A stretch of 57,211 nt of DNA from an uncultured Clostridia bacterium (GTDB lineage: Bacteria > Bacillota > Clostridia > TANB77 > CAG-508), in NCBI GenBank assembly GCA_944393325.1, contig CALXZU010000005.1, forward strand, positions 1-57,211, read 5' to 3'. This document shows, in pieces, positions 31,801-41,775 of the stretch. The stretch's first letter is position 1, and the number at the start of each line of letters is the position of its first letter. The notes under the pieces were generated by a model. It worked only from the letters and a program-made list of their open reading frames with translations. It did no database searches and was not told the DNA's origin. Position numbers and translations under genes: made by a program.

Positions 31801-33183
31801 ACTTTTAGCAAAAGTCTCAATAAAAGAACCACAACCAGAAGAACAAGCCTCATTTAGCATAATATTATCAATAGAACCATTTTTCATTTTTATGTACTTC
31901 ATATCTTGACCACCAATATCAACGATAGAAGTAACATTTGGCTCAAACTCTTTAGCAGCTGTGTAATGTGCAATTGTTTCAATTTCATTTAAATCTACAT
32001 TTAAAGCAGTTTGAATTAAACTTTCACCATAACCAGTAACACCACTATATCTTAAAATAGCTTCTTGAGGTAATTCATGGTAAAGTTTTTTTAGCATATT
32101 CATAACACTTCTTAAAGGATTTCCTTCATTACTTCCATATAAAGAATAAAGAAGTTTACCATCTCTATCTATCAAAGCTAATTTAGTGGTAGTAGAACCT
32201 GCATCTATACCTAAATAACAATCTCCTTTATAGTTAGCAAAGTCTCCTCTTTCTACTTTTGCTTTATCATGTCTTTCTTTAAATTTCTTATATTCATCTT
32301 CATTTTTGAATAGTGGATCAATTGGCTTTGTTGTGTTATCGTGAGAAACTCGTAAATTTTCAATCTTTTTTGCAAGTTCGTCTGGCGTAATAGATTCTGT
32401 ATTTATAGAATCTAAAGCAGCACCTTTTGCAACTAAAAGATGAGCTTCTTCTGGTACTATTATTTCATCATCTTTTAAATGAAGGGTTTCTATAAATCTT
32501 GTACGAAGTTCAGATAAATAATTTAATGGACCACCTAAGAATGCAACATTACCTCTAATTGGTCTTCCACAAGCAAGTCCACTAATAGTTTGGTTTACAA
32601 CTGCTTGGAAAATAGACGCAGCAATATCTTCTTTTGCCGCACCTTCATTAATTAAAGGTTGTATATCTGTTTTTGCAAAAACTCCACAACGAGAGGCAAT
32701 AGGGTATATTGTTTTATAATTTTTTGCAAGTTCATTAAGGCCTGCGGTATCTGTATGTAACAAAGATGCCATTTGATCCAAAAATGCACCAGTACCACCA
32801 GCACAAGTACCGTTCATACGTTGTTCAATAGATTGATCAAAGTAAATAATTTTAGCATCCTCACCACCAAGTTCTATTACAACATCAGTTCTTGGTATAT
32901 ATTTTTCAACAGCACGTTTACAAGAAACAACCTCTTGAATAAAGTCTACCCCTAAAAATTTAGCAGCAGACATAGCACCAGAGCCTGTTAGAGCTAAAGT
33001 AAAAGTGTTGTTTGGATATTTTAAAAGTAAATCTTCTAAAACACTACAAACAGTATTTTTAGTGTCTGAAAAGTGTCTTTGATAATTTTTATATAATGTG
33101 TTTAGATTTTTATCCATAACTATAATTTTAACAGTTGTAGACCCAACATCTAAACCTACGTGTAATAATTCATTATTATTCAT
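28840..33183 (-). CDS. Fused 2-hydroxyacyl-CoA dehydratase activator-type protein (two BadF/BcrAD ATPase domains + DUF2229)
   Basis: GLDVGSTTVK, ELGGEDAK, MNGTCAGGTG, GIDAGSTTTK, NEACSSGCGSF, NNDACYP, QPFACLPNH. Confidence 0.9.
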   Translation of the reverse strand: MNNNELLHVGLDVGSTTVKIIVMDKNLNTLYKNYQRHFSDTKNTVCSVLEDLLLKYPNNTFTLALTGSGAMSAAKFLGVDFIQEVVSCKRAVEKYIPRTDVVIELGGEDAKIIYFDQSIEQRMNGTCAGGTGAFLDQMASLLHTDTAGLNELAKNYKTIYPIASRCGVFAKTDIQPLINEGAAKEDIAASIFQAVVNQTISGLACGRPIRGNVAFLGGPLNYLSELRTRFIETLHLKDDEIIVPEEAHLLVAKGAALDSINTESITPDELAKKIENLRVSHDNTTKPIDPLFKNEDEYKKFKERHDKAKVERGDFANYKGDCYLGIDAGSTTTKLALIDRDGKLLYSLYGSNEGNPLRSVMNMLKKLYHELPQEAILRYSGVTGYGESLIQTALNVDLNEIETIAHYTAAKEFEPNVTSIVDIGGQDMKYIKMKNGSIDNIMLNEACSSGCGSFIETFAKSLNIEISEFVKEAIKSKTPVDLGSRCTVFMNSKIKQAQKEGYSVGDISAGLSYSVIKNAIQKVMKVRDVETLGDHIVVQGGTFYNDAVLRAFELIVGKNVIRPDIAGLMGAYGMALLSKEQYETNMDMEYKSTILKEDELDKLEIKVTHTRCGICENHCKLTINKFSNGQIHVSGNRCERGAGAITKKKNLPNLVQYKYQRIFDYTPLEEQYATRGIVGIPRVLNMYEDYPFWFTFLTSLGFRVILSEKSTRATYEKGMESMPSESVCYPAKLSHGHIESLLEQGIKTIFYPCIPYSRKEYEKADNHYNCPIVISYSEVLRNNVEGLKDPNIKFINPFLPLDKKNLVKKILELDEFKEYNFTKAELEEAAEKAEKEYQKCKADIRRKGSETVKYIEENNLKGIVLAGRPYHVDPEINHGIDTLITSLGLCVLTEDSVSDKTEAKRPLRVVDQWVYHARLYAAADFVGKHDCLELVQLNSFGCGVDAVTTDEVEEILSSYNKMYTLIKIDEVNNLGAVRIRIRSLLASMKKREQEKNDEKGSGDYGINKKIFTKEMKKEYTILFPQMAPIHFELLEIAARASGYNVELLRDCSQKTVDTGLKYVNNDACYPSILVTGQMIEALQSGKYDVNKTALIISQTGGGCRATNYIGFIRKALKDAGFANVPVISLNFVGMEKMPGFKLTVPFIERLFKTVIYADLLQKMLTKNRAYEINKGESQKLFDTWMEKCKKLLTKSSNKEFKQSIYDIVNDFEKIELDTSVEKPKVGIVGEVLIKYHPFGNNFVANILEREGAEVVLPDFMGFIKFMATHKITFNKLLNTNKTSSKISKVAIKLIDILEKDVKIALANSKKGYLPPCDIWHLEDKVKDILSIGNQTGEGWFLTAEMIEYIENDIPNIVCVQPFACLPNHVVGKGVIKTIRSKFPEANISPIDYDPGASEANQTNRIKLLMTVAKDNLKTKQNRKQAIDNENKDDSSKTSLDNQPKVTQ

Positions 33184-33402
33184 GACAAAATCTTCCTTTC
33201 TGTCTATAAAAATATACTTCCTAACACCCTTATTTTATACGGAAATAGCCATTTTGTCAAATGGAAAAAATTGTTATTATTTTTTTGGAAAAGTGAAAAA
33301 TATTGACAAATTAGAGAACTAAATAATAACTTTTACACTAGTTCTAAAATGGACAAACAAATAATATTATTAAATAAGTATAAAAAGAAAAAGGAGGCGG
33401 AA

Positions 33403-33969
33403 ATGAAAAATAAAAAGATCATTATAATTTTTTCAGTTATATTAATTGTTTTAATTGTTGGCGGATATTTTTTAATTAAATATTTAAAGCCAAAAAGTGA
33501 AGGACAAAACAATAGCGGAGAAATTGTAGAAGAATATACGCCAGAAGAGGAGATTACAGAAGAACAATTAAGGCAGACAATTGTAAGTCTATATTTTCAA
33601 AATAAAGAGACAAAAGAATTAGAGCCTGAAGCAAGATTAGTTGATATTAAAGAAATTTTAAATACTCCTTATGAAAAGATAGTAAATTTATTAATAGAAG
33701 GACCAAAAGATGAAGTAAAAGAAAAAATTATGCCAGATAATACTAAATTATTAAAAGCAAGTTTAGAAGGTGATTGTTTAACATTAGATTTTTCACAAGA
33801 ATTTTTGAATTATAATAAAGAAGACGAGAATGTTAAAGAAAATCTAATAAATAGTTTAGTAAATACTTTAACACAATTAAATGAGGTAAATAGTATAAAA
33901 ATATTAATAAACGGAGCAGAAAACGAAGAGTTTAACGAAATATATACTCTTGAAAAATCTATTTCTTAA
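33403..33969 (+). CDS. GerMN-domain membrane-anchored protein
   Basis: TM helix, then SLYF...LIEGP...LDFSQEF...SLVNTLTQLNEVNSIKILING; AAGGAGG before ATG 33403. Confidence 0.85.
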   Translation: MKNKKIIIIFSVILIVLIVGGYFLIKYLKPKSEGQNNSGEIVEEYTPEEEITEEQLRQTIVSLYFQNKETKELEPEARLVDIKEILNTPYEKIVNLLIEGPKDEVKEKIMPDNTKLLKASLEGDCLTLDFSQEFLNYNKEDENVKENLINSLVNTLTQLNEVNSIKILINGAENEEFNEIYTLEKSIS

Positions 33970-34126
33970 AAAATTTATATAAATTAATATAACGTCTAAA
34001 GTTTTTTAAGTTATTTAAAAAATATTCAACTTCATTTAATGATTTAACTGTGTTTTTGGTATAATTATTAAAATCGAAACGTTTTTTATGAGGTGGCTTT
34101 TTATCACCTCTATTTTTATTTTCCAT
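33959..34126 (-). CDS. 55-aa basic small protein
   Basis: Not in the ORF track. GAGGTG RBS; MENKNRGDKKPPHKKRFDFNNYTKNTVKSLNEVEYFLNNLKNFRRYINLYKFFKK. Confidence 0.55.
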   Translation of the reverse strand: MENKNRGDKKPPHKKRFDFNNYTKNTVKSLNEVEYFLNNLKNFRRYINLYKFFKK

Positions 34127-34396
34127 AATGCACCTCTTAGATATTTTGTATATAATATGTTTTGGAGACCTAGGTTGTCATTGATTTTTGTTAAAAATTA
34201 TAGTAAAATATTATTGTAAAAATAAAAAGAAGCAAGAGAACAAATAGAAAGATATAATAATTTAGAAGAGATTATTAAAAAATATAAGAAAATATACTAT
34301 TGTAACAGTGGTAGATAAATTATATATAGAAGAAATTTAATATAAAATGAGGCAAAAAGTAATTTTAGACTTTTTGTCTCAAAAAAGGATATAGTT

Positions 34397-35134
34397 ATGG
34401 AATTATATGATAATGAAAGAATCGATGATTTAGAATTTAAAGGTTTAAAAATAATACAAAATGTAAATGGTTTTTGCTTTGGAATAGATAGTGTTTTGTT
34501 ATCTGATTTTGCTAAAAATATTAAAGATGATAGCATAGTTTTAGATTTAGGAACAGGCACAGGGATTATTCCAATTTTACTATGTGGAAAAACTAATTTA
34601 AAAGAAATAATAGGAGTAGAAATACAAGAAGATGTTGCAAATATGGCAAATAGAAGTAGCAAACTTAATAATTTAGAAGATAGATTTAAAGTTTTAAATG
34701 CTAATATTTTAAATTTGGATAAATACTATGAAAAAAATACTTTTGATGTTATTATAACAAACCCGCCTTATAAAAAGAAAAACAGTGGTGTTATAAATGA
34801 TGATGAAAGAAAAGTTATTTCAAGACATGAAATAACAGCAAGTTTAGAGGATTTTATAAAAGTTACAAAGGATTTATTAAAAGATAAAGGTGAATTTTAT
34901 ATGGTTCATAGACCTGATAGGTTAGTTGATATTTTATATCTTTTAAGGAAGTATAAAATAGAACCAAAGGAAATTAGATTTGTTTTTTCAAATAAAGAAA
35001 AACCACCAAAACTTGTTTTAATTAAAGCAGTAAAAAACGCAAATGAGTTTTTAAAGGTTGATAATAATTTATATATATATGATGATGAGGGTAATTATAC
35101 AAATGAAATATTAAAGATTTATAATAAATTATAA
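34397..35134 (+). CDS. tRNA1(Val) A37 N6-methyltransferase (YabB/TrmN6-like)
   Basis: FCFGIDSVLL, LDLGTGTG, NPPY, SRHE motifs; precedes rsmI. Confidence 0.9.
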   Translation: MELYDNERIDDLEFKGLKIIQNVNGFCFGIDSVLLSDFAKNIKDDSIVLDLGTGTGIIPILLCGKTNLKEIIGVEIQEDVANMANRSSKLNNLEDRFKVLNANILNLDKYYEKNTFDVIITNPPYKKKNSGVINDDERKVISRHEITASLEDFIKVTKDLLKDKGEFYMVHRPDRLVDILYLLRKYKIEPKEIRFVFSNKEKPPKLVLIKAVKNANEFLKVDNNLYIYDDEGNYTNEILKIYNKL

Positions 35135-35187
35135 AATTTTTAGTTGTTTTTTAAAAAAGAAAAAATGTTTAGAGAGTAGGAGATAAG

Positions 35188-36039
35188 ATGGAAGAGTTTA
35201 CTTATGGTGTTTTGTATTTGGTTGCAACGCCTATTGGTAATTTAGAAGATATTACTTTAAGAGCTATAAATATTTTAAAAGAAGCGGATCTTATTGCTGC
35301 AGAGGATACGAGACATACTTTGAAATTATTAAACCATTTAAATATTTCTAAACCTATGATTAGTTATCATAGACATAATGAGGAGTTTAGATGCGAGTCT
35401 TTAATTAATAAATTAAAAGAAGGAAAAAATATAGCGTTAGTTTCCGATGCAGGTACACCAGGGATTAGTGACCCTGGTGAGGAGATTGTTAGAAGATGTA
35501 TTAATGAAAATATAAATGTTGTTCCAATTCCTGGTGCTTGTGCTATGATTAATGCTCTGATTGCATCAGGTATCAGTACTAAAGAGTTTTGCTTTTTTGG
35601 TTTTCTCCCTTTAAATAAGAAAAACAGGAAAGAAAAGTTAAATGAAATTAAAGATATAAATAAAACTATTATTTTATATGAGGCTCCACATAAAATTAAG
35701 AATACATTAGAGGATTTAAAAAATGTTTTAGATGAAAACAGAAAGGTTGTTTTAGCAAGAGAAATTACTAAAATTCATGAAGAGTTTATTAGAGGTAATA
35801 TTGATGAATTATTGGAGAAGGTTGATAAGTTTAAAGGTGAAATGGTTTTAATTATTGAAGGAAATTCTACCAAAAAGGAAAATGAACTTAATGATTTATC
35901 TCTTGAAGAACATTATAAATATTATGAAAAGCAGGGTTTTGATAAAAAAGATATTATAAAAAAAATTGCAAAAGATAGAAATGTTAATAAAAATGAAATA
36001 TATAAAATTTTTGTAAATAGAAAAGAAAACAATAATTAA
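35188..36039 (+). CDS. rsmI: 16S rRNA C1402 2'-O-methyltransferase
   Basis: LYLVATPIGNLEDIT, AEDTR, VSDAGTPGISDPG, AREITKIHEE. Confidence 0.96.
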   Translation: MEEFTYGVLYLVATPIGNLEDITLRAINILKEADLIAAEDTRHTLKLLNHLNISKPMISYHRHNEEFRCESLINKLKEGKNIALVSDAGTPGISDPGEEIVRRCINENINVVPIPGACAMINALIASGISTKEFCFFGFLPLNKKNRKEKLNEIKDINKTIILYEAPHKIKNTLEDLKNVLDENRKVVLAREITKIHEEFIRGNIDELLEKVDKFKGEMVLIIEGNSTKKENELNDLSLEEHYKYYEKQGFDKKDIIKKIAKDRNVNKNEIYKIFVNRKENNN

Positions 36040-36068
36040 AAAATGAGACCGTTTTGTCTCATTTTAAT

Positions 36069-36323
36069 TTATTTGTTGTTTTCTAAGTTACCTATTTTTT
36101 TTGAGCAGTTACTACATATTAATTTGTCTTGATATTCTAATAAATTTTCTGTATTTCCGCAGAAGATACAAGTTTTTTCAACTTTTTTTAATACTATAGA
36201 ATCTCCGTTTACGTAAATTTCAATAGGATCTTTTTCAACTATATTAAACTGATTTCTTATTTCAATTGGAATTACTACTCGGCCTAGTTCGTCCATTTTC
36301 CTAACAATACCAGTTGACTTCAT
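36069..36323 (-). CDS. abrB: AbrB-family transition-state regulator
   Basis: MKSTGIVRKMDELGRVVIPIEIR; C-terminal CIFC...CSNC. Confidence 0.93.
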   Translation of the reverse strand: MKSTGIVRKMDELGRVVIPIEIRNQFNIVEKDPIEIYVNGDSIVLKKVEKTCIFCGNTENLLEYQDKLICSNCSKKIGNLENNK

Positions 36324-36455
36324 TACTAAATCCTCCTTAAAAAGATATATATTTACAATCCATGTACTTAACTTACTATATCACAAATAGTAAAGTTGGT
36401 CAATTCTATTTGTAATAAAAACAATAATTTTGAAATAAAATTAAATGGTGATTGT

Positions 36456-37043
36456 ATGTTAAATATAGTTTGGCCAATTTTTATAATAATATCATTTTCT
36501 TTTGCAATTTTTTCAGGAAATTTAGAAAATTTGAATAATTCTATTTTTGAAAGTACTAATGATGCTATTGAATTATCTTTTAATTTACTTGGTAGTATGT
36601 GCCTTTGGAGTGGTATTATGAATGTTGCAAGTAGTACTAGTTTAGTTAGAAATATTGCTAAGTCTTTAACCCCGGTTTTAAATTTTTTATTTCCTGATTT
36701 GAAGAATAACAAAAAGATTAAGAAAGAAATTTCTATGAATATGGTAGCAAATATATTAGGTTTAGGAAATGCTGCAACTCCGTTAGGTTTAAAAGCTATG
36801 AAGTCTATGCAAGAGGAGAATGATAAAAAAGATACTTTGTCTGATAGTATGATGATGTTTATTGTTATTAATACTGCTTCTATACAACTTATTCCTACTA
36901 CTGTTATTGCTATTCGTAGTTCTCTTGGTTCTAATAATCCTACTGCCATTGTTTTTCCTACTTGGGTTGCTACTATTATTGCTGCTATTATTGGTATTTT
37001 TGTTACTAAACTTGTTATTAAATTTACAAAATGGAAGGATTAA
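36456..37043 (+). CDS. spmA: Spore maturation protein A
   Basis: MLNIVW, NILGLGNAATPLGLKAM, INTASIQLIPTT. Confidence 0.93.
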   Translation: MLNIVWPIFIIISFSFAIFSGNLENLNNSIFESTNDAIELSFNLLGSMCLWSGIMNVASSTSLVRNIAKSLTPVLNFLFPDLKNNKKIKKEISMNMVANILGLGNAATPLGLKAMKSMQEENDKKDTLSDSMMMFIVINTASIQLIPTTVIAIRSSLGSNNPTAIVFPTWVATIIAAIIGIFVTKLVIKFTKWKD

Positions 37044-37046
37044 TTT

Positions 37047-37571
37047 ATGAGCTTTATTAATTTTTTATCAAGTGTTTCTATGCCTATGGTTATTTTATTT
37101 ATTATTATTTATGGTGTTAGAGAAAAAAATAAAGTTTTTGATAGTTTTTTAGATGGAGCCAAAGAAGGTATTAAAACTACACTTAGTATTTTACCTACTT
37201 TAGTTGGGTTATTTTTTGCAATTGGGGCTTTGAGAAGTTCTGGTGTGTTAGATTTAATTACAAAAATCGTAAGCCCTCTTCTTAATATTTTAAATTTCCC
37301 AACTGAGCTTGTTCCTTTAAGTCTTTTGAGACCTATTTCTGGAAGTGGCTCTATTGCTGTTGCAACAGATATTATGAAAAATTGTGGTGTTGATACTTTA
37401 ATTGGTAACATTGCTTCTACTATTATGGGGTCTACTGAGACTACTTTATATACTATTGCTATCTATACCAGTTGTGTTAAAGTTAAAAAAACAAGATATA
37501 TACTTTTAGCTGCTCTTACTGGTGATGTTGTTGGTATTATTGCTAGTAATATTGTTTGTAGATTTTTATAA
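37047..37571 (+). CDS. spmB: Spore maturation protein B
   Basis: FLDGAKEG, LLRPISGSGS, MGSTETTLYT. Confidence 0.93.
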   Translation: MSFINFLSSVSMPMVILFIIIYGVREKNKVFDSFLDGAKEGIKTTLSILPTLVGLFFAIGALRSSGVLDLITKIVSPLLNILNFPTELVPLSLLRPISGSGSIAVATDIMKNCGVDTLIGNIASTIMGSTETTLYTIAIYTSCVKVKKTRYILLAALTGDVVGIIASNIVCRFL

Positions 37572-37942
37572 TAAAAGTGAAACATTATTTTATGATAAAA
37601 AATTACACTTTTTTCTCATAAAGTATTTACAAATACCTTATGTTTGTATAAAATAAACATATGCTAAGAGCATATAAATAATATATGTTTTTAGCATATA
37701 AAAACTAATACAGCACTTAAAAATGCTGAAAATTTATTTTTGTTTTTTATACATAGTATTTTAATTATTTGAGATATTATTATAAAAATAGTATAGTACT
37801 TTGAAAATTAAATATTTCTATAAATATCTTTGGTTTAATCGTAGAAGGATATACTATTTTTAAAAATAACTTAAATATTAATTAGAGTATAAAAAAGAAA
37901 AATAAGTAAATAATTATACTAAAGAAAGGAGAAATAAATCAT

Positions 37943-38008
37943 ATGAATAATGTTTTAAAATCAACCAAAGGTATTACTTTAATTGCACTAGTTATCACAA
38001 TTGTATAA
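37943..38008 (+). pseudogene. Truncated type IV prepilin-like leader stub (21 aa)
   Basis: AAGGAG RBS; MNNVLKSTKG|ITLIALVITIV then stop. This is a class III signal-peptide-like start cut in the hydrophobic helix. Confidence 0.6.
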
Positions 38009-38107
38009 AAAGGAAAAATACAACATTATATAAAAAATTGAAAACTTTAAAATAACAATAATATTATTAAGAAATAAAAATATATGAAAAGATTTAATAG
38101 ATTTAGC

Positions 38108-38800
38108 AAATGGCGGAATAAATGGCGGATTAAGTGGCGGTTTAATAAATCAATGACACTTTAAATAATACTTTAAATTTAATATTAAATGAATTAGAAA
38201 ATAACAATAATATAACAAAAAATAATTAGTATAAAGAACTTGTAATAGCACTATGTACAGTAAAAAGAGCAATTGATTAATTAAAAGAAAATGGTTACAA
38301 AAAAGAGAAGATGCAAATAAAACAGGTTATTGAAAATTATTAAAAATAAAAAATGATACTTTAAATGATATTTTAAATGAACCAATAAATGGCACTATAA
38401 GTGGCACCATAAATGGCACCTTAAATTTAATATTAAAAGAGATAGAAAATAAAAACAATATTACACAAAATGAATTGATAGAAAAGACTGGAATAGCACT
38501 AGGCACAGTAAAAAGAGTGATTGAGGAATTAAAAGAAAAAGGTTATATAAAAAGGGAAGGTTCAAATAAAACAGGCTATTGGAAATTATTAAAAAGTACA
38601 AGTGGCACTATAAATGGCACTTTAAATTTAGTATTAAAAGAAATAGAAAATAAAAACAATATAACACAAAAAGAATTGGCAGAAAAAACTGGAATAGCAC
38701 TAGGCACAGTAAAAAGAGCAATTGATTAATTAAAGAAAAAAGACTATATAAAAAGACAGGGCTCAAATAGAATAGGTTATTGGGTAATATTAAAAAATAG
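38108..38800 (+). pseudogene. Three tandem decayed copies of a winged-HTH module
   Basis: About 200-bp imperfect repeats of NGTLNLVLKEIENKNNITQKELAEKTGIALGTVKR...KGYIKREGSNKTGYW with stops and indels in copies 1 and 3. Confidence 0.7.
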
Positions 38801-38983
38801 CTGATAAAAAATAGTTTTATAAAATTTATGTTTAAAAGTTTGATTTTGAATAGGATTTTTCCTGTTCTTTTTTAATAAAGATATATTTATCATATTATAT
38901 AATACAAAATGTAATTTTGAAAATGTTTTTTTATATAAAAATAATTTAAAAAATCAAAAGTTATTTTTATATACAAAAATAAC

Positions 38984-39012
38984 TTGACAAATGTATTGGA
39001 AAAAATTATAAT
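38984..39012 (+). promoter_or_regulatory. Consensus sigmaA promoter
   Basis: TTGACA-17nt-TATAAT. Confidence 0.8.
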
Positions 39013-39029
39013 AAATATAGGTGATGAAG

Positions 39030-40226
39030 ATGTTAAAAAGAGAAATGTATTTAAAGAGAATTAGAGAATTTTATGATAGTGATTTAATTAAAATTTTGGT
39101 AGGAATTCGTAGATGTGGTAAATCTGTAATATTAGAACAAATTATGGATGAATTAAAAGAAAAAGGAGTAGAAGAAGACCATATAATATATGTTAATTTT
39201 GAATTTATAGAATTTGAAGAATTAACAGATTATAAAAAATTAAATAAATATATTAAAGACAAAGTAAAAGATGACAAAATGTATTACCTATTTTTTGATG
39301 AAATTCAATATGTAGATAAATTCGAAAAAGTTATAAACTCTTTGAGAGCATCAAAAAAATTTAGTATATTTATAACTGGTTCAAATAGTAGATTACTCTC
39401 AAATGAATTATCAACAGTATTGTCTGGAAGATATGTTTCTTTTAAAATAAATCCATTATCATATAAAGAAGTTTTAGAATTATTAGGAAAAACAAAGTCA
39501 ACAGAAAATATATTTAAAGATTATATGAAATGGGGAGGACTACCTAATAGATTTGAGTTTAAAAGTGAAGAAGCAATAAAAAATTATTTGTATGGTGTTT
39601 TTGACTCTATAATATTAAGAGATGTTGTAGAAAGGCTAAAGATAAGGGATGTTTCTTTATTTAACTTAATACTACAATATGTGGTAGATACAATAGGAAG
39701 AGAATTTTCAGCTCAAAATATTAAAAACTATTTGAAAAGTGAAGGAAGAGAAGTATCAACATTAACAATTTATTCATATTTAGAAGCTCTTTGCATGGCA
39801 TTATTAATTAAAAGAGTATATAGATATGATGTACATGGAAAAGCAGTGTTAAAAACACTTAATAAATTCTATGTAACAGATTTAGGAATAGCACAGATAA
39901 AAAACCATAAATTAGAAATAGATGATTGCTATGCATTAGAAAACATTGTATTTAATGAATTAAATATAAAAGGTTATGAAGTATATTCTGGAAAAACTAA
40001 AAAAGGTGAAATCGATTTTGTGGCTATAAAACCTAATAAAAAAATATATATACAAGTTGCATATAGTATTTCAGATGAAGAAACTAAAAAAAGAGAATTC
40101 GGTGCATATGATGTTATAAATGATAATTATCCTAAATATGTAATTACATTAGATAATAGAAAATATGATTACAATGGAATTAAACATGTAAATGTAATTG
40201 ATTTTCTTTTAGATGATGAATTTTAA
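39030..40226 (+). CDS. AAA_14 ATPase with DUF4143 nuclease-like domain
   Basis: GIRRCGKS, FFDEIQ, ITGSNS, LSGRY, GGLP, KFYVTDLG, LENIV, EIDFV, YIQV. Confidence 0.9.
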   Translation: MLKREMYLKRIREFYDSDLIKILVGIRRCGKSVILEQIMDELKEKGVEEDHIIYVNFEFIEFEELTDYKKLNKYIKDKVKDDKMYYLFFDEIQYVDKFEKVINSLRASKKFSIFITGSNSRLLSNELSTVLSGRYVSFKINPLSYKEVLELLGKTKSTENIFKDYMKWGGLPNRFEFKSEEAIKNYLYGVFDSIILRDVVERLKIRDVSLFNLILQYVVDTIGREFSAQNIKNYLKSEGREVSTLTIYSYLEALCMALLIKRVYRYDVHGKAVLKTLNKFYVTDLGIAQIKNHKLEIDDCYALENIVFNELNIKGYEVYSGKTKKGEIDFVAIKPNKKIYIQVAYSISDEETKKREFGAYDVINDNYPKYVITLDNRKYDYNGIKHVNVIDFLLDDEF

Positions 40227-40260
40227 TAAAGAGTATAAAAATAAAAAAGGAGAAGAAAAA

Positions 40261-40720
40261 GTGATATTAATTTTAATAATAATACTAGTAATATGTGGAA
40301 TAATGTCATATAAAAATAGGAAAAAAGAAAAATAATATATTAATACTAATTGTGTTTCTAAATAATCTATTTATATTAGCACTATATTGTATTTTAGACC
40401 CAACAATAGGTTTTGGAGATTTATGGATTTATTTAAATACATTAAATGGTTGGGATAATATATGGGGAGTTATAGTATTTTTATTAATAAATATTATAGT
40501 ATTAACATTAAGTAAAAAACTATCTAAAAAAAAGAGTATATTAGCAGTTGGAATAATTATATATTTTTTACTAATATTTTTTACACCTGCACGAGTATTC
40601 GAAGGTCATGAGCATATATATGAGCCATATATTAATTCAAATGGTGAAAAAGTACCATATGAAAGAATTGAAGATTATATAGTATATTATAATTGTTACA
40701 ATATTAGAATATATAAATAA
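40261..40720 (+). pseudogene. Membrane protein with a +1 break in an A6 run (40321..40326)
   Basis: AAGGAG + GTG 40261 gives a TM segment stopping at 40335; removing one A joins ORF 40352..40720. Confidence 0.55.
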
Positions 40721-40913
40721 CCCTAATAAAATATTAGATAATAATAATCAAATAGTTTTTTCTGTTTGGTTATTTTTATTGATTTTTTACAGAAAATTCA
40801 CAAAAGTCGCTTGACAAGATTAACAAAAAAATAATATTATAAGTATACATTAATTCATAAATTTTATTAAAAAATCTTTATAAAATCCAATTTGTAAAAT
40901 AAAAATAAAAAGG

Positions 40914-41105
40914 ATGTGTAAAATGTTAAAAATAATTGAATTCATATTTATATATATAATTGTAAGAAAAATAATAATTAATAAAAAAACAAAAGAAGTA
41001 TTAAATGAAGTAAAAAAATTAGAAAATCAAAAACTAAAAAAGAAAAAATATAAAAGAAGTGTAAATATAAAACAAAATAAAAAAATGAAAATAGATAAAA
41101 AATAA
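40914..41105 (+). CDS. Small Lys-rich hypothetical protein
   Basis: 63-aa low-complexity ORF downstream of a TTGACA-type promoter at 40811; weak support. Confidence 0.3.
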   Translation: MCKMLKIIEFIFIYIIVRKIIINKKTKEVLNEVKKLENQKLKKKKYKRSVNIKQNKKMKIDKK

Positions 41106-41238
41106 AAATAATAACAAAGTTATTAAAATTGTAGAGAAAATAAAGTTTTTTCCTCTTTAGGTTCCTATTTTTGTAACTTGTTTTCTCTACAAATTAAAAT
41201 AAAAAAGTATAAAGTGATAAAATAATATAATAAATAAG

Positions 41239-41718
41239 TTACCTATGGTAAGTCTCACCAGTAGAAATCTTAAAAGCTCTGAAAATTTGCTCTAAAAGAA
41301 ATACTCTAAATAATTGGTGAGGAAAAGTCATCTTAGAAAAAGAAATTATTAAATTACAATTATTTAAAAGTTCTTTTGTTAAACCTAAAGAGCCACCAAT
41401 AATAAAAGAAATATTACTATTTATCATAGAAATATCATCTAACTTTTTAGAAAACTCTTCAGAAGAAAATTCCTTACCAGTCAAATCTAATGCAATCTTA
41501 AAACTATCTTTAGGAAGGTGAGAAACAATTTTACTTGATTCTTTTTCCTTAATATCTAATTCTAAACTATAATTTAATTTATCAGGAATTTTCTCATCTT
41601 GAAGTTCTATAATATTTAATTTACAATACTTAGAAAGTCTTTTAGAATATTCGTAAGTTGCATCTTTTAAATAACTTTCCTTTAATTTGCCAATACAAAT
41701 AATATTAATAGTTAGCAT
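41239..41718 (-). CDS. rlmH: 23S rRNA pseudouridine-1915 N3-methyltransferase
   Basis: IGKLKESY, FIIGGSLG, SFSKMTFPHQLFRVFLLEQIFRA...YHR. Confidence 0.96.
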   Translation of the reverse strand: MLTINIICIGKLKESYLKDATYEYSKRLSKYCKLNIIELQDEKIPDKLNYSLELDIKEKESSKIVSHLPKDSFKIALDLTGKEFSSEEFSKKLDDISMINSNISFIIGGSLGLTKELLNNCNLIISFSKMTFPHQLFRVFLLEQIFRAFKISTGETYHR

Positions 41719-41775
41719 TTTCTTTCCTTACTTTTCTATTTATTTTTTAAATTCTTTTTCTATTTTAATTTGTTT

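Noticed and set aside
40261..40351. An eighth +1 break in a membrane protein gene
   Set aside because: It falls in an A6 homopolymer with no CGG, so it is ordinary slippage, decay or error and is not counted in the CGG system.
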